From Octopus sinensis (taxonomy: Eukaryota): DNA of 64,000 bases. The notes below the pieces were generated by a model. The model was not told the origin of the DNA. It ran no database searches and saw nothing but the letters and a program-made list of their open reading frames with translations. Positions 53,941 through 64,000 of this stretch are shown here, piece by piece (the stretch's first letter is position 1; each line of letters starts with the position of its first letter). A program made the position numbers and the translations under genes. The DNA lies in contig NC_042997.1 in assembly GCF_006345805.1 (NCBI RefSeq), positions 21,204,001-21,268,000 on the forward strand. The letters are read 5' to 3'.

Positions 53941-56391
53941 CACCACACCTTATAAATCTATTTGATTGTATTTTTGTATGTTACATATTCAGATTAACCT
54001 ATTTGCTTTTATTGTATCTTAGTGTGGCATCAATGCATTTCTTTTATAAAGTGTTACAGGCTCTAATAATTCATTTTGGTTTCTAGGTTTTGATGTTATC
54101 TTTTACTTCCTAAGATCACCTTGCTAATATTCCCTTTATGTGAATAGAAATAAAGCCATATTTTATCTAGATCATATATGATTTATAGAGTAGAGGAATG
54201 CTCATATTTCTTGAATATAATAGGCAGCTATTATTTACTATTTAGATTTATTTGATACATTTACTAGAAACTTTAGACAAACGTACTTTATATTCCCTGT
54301 AAATCTGTTGATTAGTTGCAGTCATAACCTTTAAAGTGTTAAATTTCATTTAGTCTATGAATTTAAATTAATCGCATTGTTGCTATTAGTATTATTAAGA
54401 TTTTTAAAAATCGCGCTGATTCCCTTGTAAATTGCGTAGCAGTTTATTTAAGCAAATGCCGAGTGTTTTGTTTTAATACAAACACATACAATTAAACACT
54501 CCTTTTGAATATTCCAATATTATTTTGAAATATTCAAAACGATTTCACAATTCTATTTTGTGTTGCTATTGATTAACATGTTGATGCTGAATTAATTGAG
54601 AACTTCACAAAAAAAGTACACGACTAAGGGGAAGCAGAAAATAGGTTTTGTAGGTGTGTACATGATTTCAAAATGATTATTTAGAAATTTCTGATATATC
54701 CTATTCTGTAGTTCAAATTCCTTTGATAATAATATAAGTCTAGAAAGTAACAGTATGTCTTAAAAATTTCAAAATGTTGAGTTTTATCTGCTAAGATTCT
54801 CCAATTCAATTTCAGATCTAATTAACTTTCATTGTTAATATTTAACTAAATTCTCTTTAAATTTGCTTTCGATGAAAATAATTGTAATAGAAAAATATCA
54901 ATAGCTATAAAAATAATAACACCCCCACTATTTTATATCGTACATTTCGTAGCGTTCACATCTGCGGGTGTCCTTGATTAGATTTTAAATCAAATAAATG
55001 AAGTTGGTTTGATTCCCTAATGCTCTTGGTAAAAGCATGAATTCAGATCTACTCATTAAAATCTCAAATAATTCTAAGGCTACATGCCTTACAGCAACAG
55101 GAGATGAGAACTGAGATGTGTGTATGTTGTAGTTGTTAATATTATCGTTGTGGTAGTTCGCCAGCCGTTTGTGAACCATTGTTGTCACCGCCGCTGGCGT
55201 TCGTCTTGCAGACGTAGCATGTTGTCGACAAAGAAGACGACAACGACGGCGAATGTTAGAAATCAATATTATCGTTGTGGACGATTTCATCAATCACAAG
55301 TAGTAATAGTTTATCTGAAATCATAGCGTACAATAATGCTAATAAATTCAGAAGATAAGACCGAACTACTCGGCTGTTTAGCTGAAATATTTCAATTAAA
55401 TATCGCATGGTGTTGAAAATAAATCTTAAACGTCTTGATATTTGACATAACGTATATAAGCAAAGACTTGTATTAAAATTGAATATATTTGAATAAAAAA
55501 ATAACTCATTTCAGTAAATATTGCTTTTATGTCGAGGTAGCTGTCCAAGTAGATAACATTTTCGGATATTTAGATTAGTCTTTGATTGAAGTATCCAATA
55601 ATATTCACCAAACAAAACAAAAAAAATTTAACTAGCAAATAAAGTAGAATGTTTACTTAATATAAGCAAATACAAATTTTCATTTTAATAATTGAACTCA
55701 ACATACTTAAATCTTGATCATTATGAACCATTACTTGGCTGCTAAATCTTAGGAATTTCTGTTATGTGATCTAATAACGATTATATCAGAACTGACTTTC
55801 CGTGAGCATTTGTTCATGATTGATTGAAGATTATTAATTCAATAAATATTCAGTTATTCCAGTTCTAGTAGTTTGCAACGCAACACTGCAGATCAATCTT
55901 AATTTGAACTTAACATATGGTTTTCAAAGTTAAACTATACTCTTAACCATTAGGAACATTTAGTTTAATATTTCATTAATATCTAGTTAATTGTGATATT
56001 TAATTACTAAGATAAGAGGTAAGAGGTAAGCCAGATGTAAATGACAGTTTAACTGAGTTAGAAAGCCTGTCTGTATTATATCCAATTAAAAATCTTGTTA
56101 CATCAATTTATTTTCTTGAATATATAAATCTGTGACGTTGTACCTTTAATAGCAAAATCCCGAAATTATATCTCATATGACAAACAATTACAGTTAATGT
56201 TTAAAAAAAACAGTTTATATGGAAAATGCGCATATATCTTAGTGTTCAATGTCTACACAAACACCCATACATTTACATATTCAGACATAAACACACATAC
56301 ATATATATGTGTATGTGTGTGTATGTATTTATATATATACGTTTATAAATTTGTGTTGCAAGATTCCTGGTGTGAAGACGTGTGTTGAAAC

Positions 56392-56653
56392 AGATATTGT
56401 TATATTTCGGGATGGTCATATGCTTTTGCCAAATAAACACCCGCACTATATATTCGTTCTTTAATAAGCAGACCAAGAGTACACACGAAGACGGAAAGTG
56501 TCGCTGAGGAAGTCACAGATGTGTGACGTATGGTTCCCGAGCAATGGAGATGAGTTAGAATAAGAACACTAATAAATGAGTGAAGAACGAATATATAATG
56601 CTTGTTTTTATTCGACAAAAAAAAAATGACCATCCCGAAATATAACAATATCT
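56392..56653. repeat. Inverted repeat pair (28-bp perfect outer arms) between microsatellites
   Basis: AGATATTGTTATATTTCGGGATGGTCAT (56392-56419) versus 56626-56653, plus inner TATATATTCGTTCT / AGAACGAATATATA. Confidence 0.85.
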
Positions 56654-56788
56654 ATGTATACAAACATACATACATATGTGTGTGTGTGTGTCTGTCTGCG
56701 ACTGTGTTTGTGTTTGTGTGTATGTGTGCGTGTGTAACTGTGTGCACATGTTTGTGTGTGTCTGTATATATATGAGTGTGTGTGTGTG

Positions 56789-56823
<35 letters not shown>

Positions 56824-58284
56824 TTATATATATGTATGTAGATATCCTTTGTATTATAAGCACACGGCCTGAAATTTATTTTAATTAATTAATGGAAAGT
56901 GTCGAGATATAGTCATGTTATATAGATATTACCAGTGTAGGGAAGCTAGTTATACTGAGTAAGCACTTTTGTTTCGTCTTAGTATATTCGCCATTTTCAC
57001 GTACACTAAAGGAACTAGTTCAGGTTTCTTCCCACATCAGTGGAAATTGTATAAATTAAAAATAAAAGTTTGAATTAAATACATATTTTTGACGTAGGAT
57101 TAATCGGTACATCATTAATAATATTAAGAAGGTAATCGAATGTTCCGGTTATATTTAATATACTATTTACTAATGGTAGCCTTATATACAGAGATTAGTC
57201 TGGTATGAAAATTGCTCTTAATAACCCATTCAGTCGATGTGTTTTCAGAAAATAAAGCAGTAGTATCTATTATGCACAGACTTAATATTCTGACACTGCC
57301 ACATGACTGAAAACTAATCTTTGTATTCGCTCGTCGTGTTACATAATTGCTAATAACACAAATTAATTTCACTACATATCTTACTTTAAGTATAGTGAAG
57401 TTACGATCACGATAAATGTGAGTGACAAAAAATTATATACCAGAATATAAAATGGATTATTGAGGAGAGTGCTAGTGTAATCTAAGGTTGTCAAAGATGT
57501 AGGTCGCTAAGCATCATTAACAATAAAGAATTGATCCATATGAGAATATATAGACTCCTCATTATTTCTGACCATGGAATAATAAAAGACAACGTTGTGC
57601 TTATTGGGATTTTAACTAAGAACTAAAAGATTTTGTAAATGAATATCACAAAGCATTTTCTTTGACGCTCTGTCGATAATGGCAAGTCACTTACATGTTG
57701 TGGAATAAAAATACCCTCTTACTGGCTTCGCAGTCCAGATAATAGTATCAGTGTAGGTGATCATACAAAGGAAAAAGTCCAAACAACGAGAAAAAGTATT
57801 GTATACATTTACATGTCTTAAAGTAAGGCCTGTTGTACCAGGGACGAGTTTGCTGGCTCTTCTATGAATCCTTAAACCTCCCCTATGTTCGTTTTCTGGT
57901 CATGCAGATAGCTTAGATGAGGTCAACTCAAAACACCACCAACTCTATTTGGATACACGCAAGTAAAATATGTATACTTTCAACATTGATATAACATTTT
58001 ATTTGTGATGTAATATTTCATTAAAACGTATTCTAGTGTAGCTCGCCCAAATATTAGTCAAGATATATGCTTATCTCTTCACATGCTTTATTCAATTGTA
58101 TAGCTTCAAATCATAGCTTTGCCACAATATGGGGTCATTTGAATAATATTTCTAATATACATTTTTATACTTTAAAAGATGTATGATTGCAAAATGAATA
58201 TATTTTATCCGCATTTTGTATCTTGTTTTGCAGGAACTTACTATTGTGAAATATAGTTTTGTAACTGTTATTGCTAGTAATTTA

Positions 58285-59456
58285 TTGGATTGGAAACTAA
58301 GTTCCCGCCGTTTTATTTTAATTTTGGAATTTACTGTGTTTTTAAATTTTGGAATCTATTTTTTGTTCGAGAATTCTATTTTTGAATCACTTTGGATTCT
58401 ATTTTTTTTTTTGGGGGGGGGTTCTTCTTGTTAATTTTAGTTAATTTTTGTTTATTTTCAAACCATTAAAATGGAATGTCAAGTTAAAAAAAATGAGCAT
58501 TTTCGTCGCCTCCTGCTCGCGACATTTGTGCTATGTATAGAGAGGGTGGCATAGCTGAAAGAACCGCTCGTGATTGGTATTCCAAGTTCAAAAATGAAAA
58601 TGTTGACCTCAAAGACGCACATCGTTCTGGAGTCCAGTCGAGTTCAATGAAGAGCGATTAAACTAACTTTTGCACGAAAATTCTCGTCAAACGACAGGGG
58701 AACTGGCAGAAAAAATTAAATTCTCCCACACTGCTATAGAGAAGCGTCTTCACTCGATGAGAAAGGTTCAGAAGTATGGAGCATGGGTTCCGCATGCTTT
58801 ACATGACAACAACAAAAAGCAACGAGCCTGTACATCAATATGAAGCAGCGTAAGGAATGGCTTAGCCTCGGTAAACTAGTGACAGCGCGCGTGAAACAAG
58901 ATCTTCATCCGCGTAAAACGATGTTGTGCGTATGGTGGGACTGGGAAGGGATTATCCATTACGAATTGTTTGGAAGGAACCAAACGGTCAACGCGGAACT
59001 CTGTGTTCAACAGATGAAACGACTCAACACGGTTATTCAAGAGAAAAGATCTAATCGGCAGCATGGAGTTCTTCTCCTGCGCGACAACGCGCCCGACCTC
59101 ATATCGCCAATATGACCAAGGAAGCCATTCAAACGCATGGCTGGGAAGTGCTGCCACACCCGCCGTACTCACCTGATTTGGCACCAGCGGATTTCCACCT
59201 CTTTCGATATCTTTGAAATACTATGCGCGGAGCTTCGTTCAATACTGATGCAGAATTGAGAGCTTGGTTGGATCAATTTTTCGAGTCGAAATCGGGTGAT
59301 TTCTACCAACGAGGGGTTGAAAATCTTGTTGAACGATGGGAAGAAGTTGTAAACAACAAGGGTGAATACATTATTGATTAATTAGTTATTATTTTTTATT
59401 AAACCTTTTAAAAATTTAAATTTTAAGAAACGGCGGGAACTCAGTTGCCAACCTGA
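58285..59456 (+). mobile_element. Decayed mariner with an internal deletion
   Basis: TA-flanked TIRs (TTGGATTGGAAACTAAGTTCCCGCCGTTT / AAACGGCGGGAACTCAGTTGCCAACCTGA); MECQVKKNEHFR, WVPHAL, CVWWDWEGIIHYEL, DNA, PYSPDLAPADFHLF. The TGDEKW segment is missing. Confidence 0.92.
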
Positions 59457-59803
59457 TATTATATTTGTGTCTCAAGTTCTTGACTCATTCTAAGTCTTTG
59501 CCTTCGATTTGCAAGACATATAGTTTGAATTTTTAATATTTGGCCATAAATGGTATTGGTGAGTATTAAAACTATCAACTGTGTCAACATTATATTTATG
59601 TAATGAATAATGATGCCAAAAATTCTAGCACTGAATGTGCCGGAAGACAATACTCTCAATAGACATACGATTCAGTCGGTCGTAAATAGATAAGATAGAA
59701 AGGGCCCGCCTCTGGGTCTCTCTATTAATATATATGATATAAGATATTCTGGATCTATATGTATCAATACTTCCTGTAAAAGTCACATGATGTAATAATA
59801 ATG

Positions 59804-59835
<32 letters not shown>

Positions 59836-59894
59836 TGCGAATATATATCAACAAATTTTGCGATAGATTTATGTATGTCTCTGTGTATTTCTGA

Positions 59895-59925
<31 letters not shown>

Positions 59926-62820
59926 TGTATGCATGCATGTATGTATGTGTGTGTATGTATATATATGTGTATATCTGTATATCTACATGTATGTATCTAT
60001 GCATGCATGTATGTATGTATGTATGCATGTATGTGTGTATGTATGTATGTATTTATGTATGTATGAATGTATGTATGTATGTAAAGAGAATAGAGTTATT
60101 ATTTCAGATCCTAATTAGTCAATTCCTGGTCAAAACGTGAGATTCCTTTCACCAGCCTTTGTTAGCATTTGCGTTAAGCAATTTATTCAGTGATAATTTC
60201 ATTTAATGTAGCTTTGAGTATCTGCAAAATGAATTTTCAGTCGCTGGAAGAATCGGGAATAAACTAAACGTGAGTAGATCCGATGGTTGATGCATTGTTT
60301 TAATCCTCTCCGAGTTGTCTGGATCATTCAAAGAATAATTTTATGCAGATTGTCAGGACGTAAAGCAACCAATCTTACATAGAACAACTGATATTGTCTT
60401 CTTTGAAAGAATCACTTCTCAGCGGCATTGGTAAGAGTACTTGTACTATGTTCTTTAGGAAAAGAAATGTCCCTGGTGAGTCCAGTATGCTACGTGCTCT
60501 TTGAAATTCGTTTTATTTCACTTACGCCTCATAATATTCATGGAAAGACGTGAACGTAGCAAGAGAGTGTCTACAACTTCTAAATGTAGTGTATATCTTG
60601 TGCAGTCAACAGAAAGCAATATCAAGATCTAGCCAAGCATATTCCTACCTATTAAAAATAATTATTGATTTCATGTCAAATATGTAGTGGTCTAAACTTT
60701 CCAAAAACATTCTGTCGGATAAAGCTGAAATAAGTAAATACTATGAAACATATGTCTAACAAAATATTTGTTATATATCTGTTTCATACGAAAATTATCA
60801 TGATCATCTAAATTCCTGATAGGTAAATTAATTTTTGTTTCAGATTAGGAGTAAGATGCATTGTTCTATCACTTCAGTTTTGGGATAAAAGATTATGCCA
60901 CCCTTTTAATTATAGGAATTGACTTAGTGTTGCTTGAATTAATTGTCGTTTTCAGTCAATCTGAACCAATGCTTTACTATTTATGCGAAGAATTTGTTCT
61001 CATTTCGAATACTGTTATTTGTGTGGAAAATGTAATTTCAAGAACGATGAAACATACTGAGAAAAAGATTTGTAACATAGATCATATAATTCGTATTTTT
61101 TATAGACACGTAAATTAACTTATCTAAGTCATGTGACTAAAGTAGGTATTTTTTAAGATTCCTATACAATGTTTTGGAAAATAAAATAACGCATTGCAAA
61201 CTTTCATCATAAATTCGGACAAATTTGCAACATAATTTCTACAATACCTTCATTCCAATTTCAGAGGAATCTTTTAAATGAGAAATTATGGTAGCATGCA
61301 TTCTTAAATTTACAAAAGAGTAGTTTCTCCTCATTAAGTTGGATATATTTCTCAGAATAATTGAGTTTTGTTTTGACAGTTTAACCTTTATAATTTATGT
61401 GGCGAAATATTGTTATTTAAGCTAAATGACAAAAGAGATTACCAAAATCAACATAACTATTCAGTGTCCTTTCTGTTAGTTTTATTTCATGATACTGTTC
61501 GACAATTCATATTTAACTGTTCTGAACTTTCTTGCTTTATTGATCTAATTACATTTCAGATCGGTCTTTTCTATTCGATACAATTCTACTAACGATGTGT
61601 CTGAAAAAGATATATTGCGTTGATGTGCTTATCACTTTATTCTTGCTTATATTTTCTGTCTGTTGAATATAATATCTACGTTAGGCGACAGTTTGTCAAT
61701 GAATGAGTGAATCAAATTATCACTAGTCTTCAGAATTTTCTTGTCAATAAGGTTTGTCTGACAGCAACATTTGGAAACTTAAGGACATGTCAAGTATAAT
61801 TAACAACACACTGTCTTGGATACTAACCTACTAAGTTTACCTCTGTGTATTTGTGAATAAGTGTGAATTTTAAAGAATGCTTCTGGGAAGCCTCATAGAC
61901 AGTTTAATGATTCCTGCAGACAAACAGGCGTCATTGATATATTTGCTTCTGCTTCGTAGTATCGATGTATTGAAACCTAAAATTGGAGTTACACGGCAAT
62001 TAACAACCAAAAAGAGAAACTATAACAAAATACTTTCAAAATAACAAACATTTTGTTACAAAGGCTTATAAATACAGCCATCTATAAAAGTTTCGAGTTT
62101 GTGAAAGAGAGATATTATAATTTCATCAATAATTTATAAGAGCTGACTTGTCCATGTCAGTAGGACAATAGATAACAATTCAAAAGGTCACCAGTTCATA
62201 TATATCAGAAGCACTTCTCTATATACTTCTTCAAAGATAAACTTGTAATGACACAACGAGATTATTTGAAAAACATACCACATAGTGTAATGTTCACTAC
62301 TGTAAGAAACGGCAATGCTGGAAACTGATGTAAGTTTCACCGGTTCTCACTTCTGAATAAAACTCTTCTTGTGTATGGGCCGACTAAAATTTTGTTTGTT
62401 TGTTTTTTTCTTGTTTTTTTTTAGTGAGCCTGCTATACTTTGGAAGCAAATGATTTTATTTTATTGTTGTTATTAATGTTTTTAGTGGGAGGAGGAAAAA
62501 ACAAGAACTATGTTATTTGTAAACCCATCTAGACAAGTGATGTCGATACTGTTAGATTATAGCCAACCAGTAATTTTATCGAGACACCATCTCTAGCAAG
62601 GTTGCCCACCAAGGCGGAAGAGACCTTCCTCTCCAGGTTTTAAAATCAGGGTGGTCTTTCTCCTAGTCTGACTGCCATCCAAGACTAACAAGCTCAACCT
62701 AACTGGAGCATTGATCATTTGAAAATGCCAGACACTCGCCTTTTCACTCCTTTCACCTGTTAGTTTCAAAAAACTTTGCCACGCGAAGACTAAGAGTTGG
62801 ACCTGACTGTCAGGAGTATA

Positions 62821-63166
62821 TCTTCTTCTTCTTCTTCTTCTTCTTCTTCTTCTTCTTCTTCTTCTTCTTCTTCTTCTTCTTCTTCTTCTTCTTCTTCTTC
62901 TTCTTCTTCTTCTTCTTCTTCTTCTTCTTCCTCTTTCTTCATCCCCTTCCTCTCCTTCCTTTTCCTTTTCCTCCCCTTTTCTTTCTCGTCCTACTATTCC
63001 ACTTCTTTTTATTTCTCCTCTTCCTCTTCCTCCTCTCCGTTTCCTTTTATTCCTTCTCTTCTCCTTCAATTTATTCCCCTTTCTTTTTCTTTTTATCCCT
63101 TCTCTTCTTTCTTTTCCTCTCTTCCCCTCCTTTTATTCTTTCTTCACTTCTTCATTATTATTATTA

Positions 63167-63198
<32 letters not shown>

Positions 63199-63202
63199 GT
63201 TG

Positions 63203-63238
<36 letters not shown>

Positions 63239-63239
63239 T

Positions 63240-63272
<33 letters not shown>

Positions 63273-63310
63273 ATTATTATTATTATTATTATATTATTAT
63301 TATTATTATT
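62821..63310. repeat. (TCT)n run, polypyrimidine tract and (TTA)n/(TTG)n
   Basis: Directly visible; explains the poly-S, poly-R and poly-I ORFs. Confidence 0.95.
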
Positions 63311-63838
63311 GAGTGACACTGGGGTAAAATATACAAAGTCCAGCATACCCATCATGGCTCGCCGGCTGATAAGGGACACCAGGCACATGCATCACAACCA
63401 TATGTGCGCGACATGGTGATTTCATATTAAGATAAACAGCACATGACCTTGCAGGTGGTGCCCAGTTAGAATTTTCCTCTGGTCGAGTAACCCATCCCGC
63501 TCAAAAGGTTCCTGAATAAGGGCTATTTAAGGATGTTAAACAAAACACCCATGTTTCCAGGGGTGAATTATTCAAACCTCAAAGAATCCCTCTCAATACA
63601 TGGCTATGATGCTCCCCCACTACTTTCTGGTTGTGATCAGAGATGCACATATCGTCAGCCACTAAGGGACATGCTCAACCGGTTAAGGTCAAACAACTGA
63701 CAAGCAAATCTGTTGTATTGAGCAGAATATTTGCTGTAGCCCATCTTTTATGCCAAGACAAAACCATGTACATGATAACACTTCCAATCAGCTAAGATCA
63801 GAAGCCACGAGAGCCACTGCCTGGTACTGCATCAGGGC
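63311..63838 (-). mobile_element. Second copy of the (TAA)n-embedded repeat
   Basis: Reverse-complement homology to 38417-38904, extending ~55 bp further at its 5' end. Confidence 0.8.
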
Positions 63839-63914
<76 letters not shown>

Positions 63915-64000
63915 GTATTAGTATTATTATTAATATTATTATTATTGTTGTTGTTGTTGTTATTGTTATTATTATTATTATCATTATTATCATCATGATC

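Noticed and set aside
54985-55326. ORFs of 102 and 68 aa in a GTT/GTC-rich patch
   Set aside because: Decayed trinucleotide low-complexity sequence with no domain signal.
62593-63312. Poly-Arg (protamine-like) and poly-Ser ORFs
   Set aside because: Products of the (TCT)n and polypyrimidine tracts.

Overview
AT-rich eukaryotic (metazoan) non-coding DNA with no host protein-coding exon I can support. The SINE families, mariners and very dense (TA)n/(TATG)n/(TAA)n microsatellites resemble an octopus/cephalopod genome (my inference, not proven). The window is a transposon graveyard. It holds a truncated Ty3/gypsy element cut off by a Helitron 3' end, a decayed CR1-group LINE, an R4/Dong-type RLE LINE in (TAA)n, remnants of a second RLE family, a Neptune-type Penelope GIY-YIG remnant, five mariner relics, a long-TIR MITE and many tRNA-derived SINEs. 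Most ORFs in the track are microsatellite artefacts. The most interesting signal is a set of microsatellite-embedded inverted repeats and palindromes, several carrying minimal type I hammerhead ribozyme (HHR) motifs like those of Penelope pLTRs. These include a U3:A8 compensatory core, an A6U variant family, a tRNA-headed SINE-like element with an HHR tail, and pLTR copies whose deletion ends at the predicted cleavage site. All coordinates and folds were read by eye.
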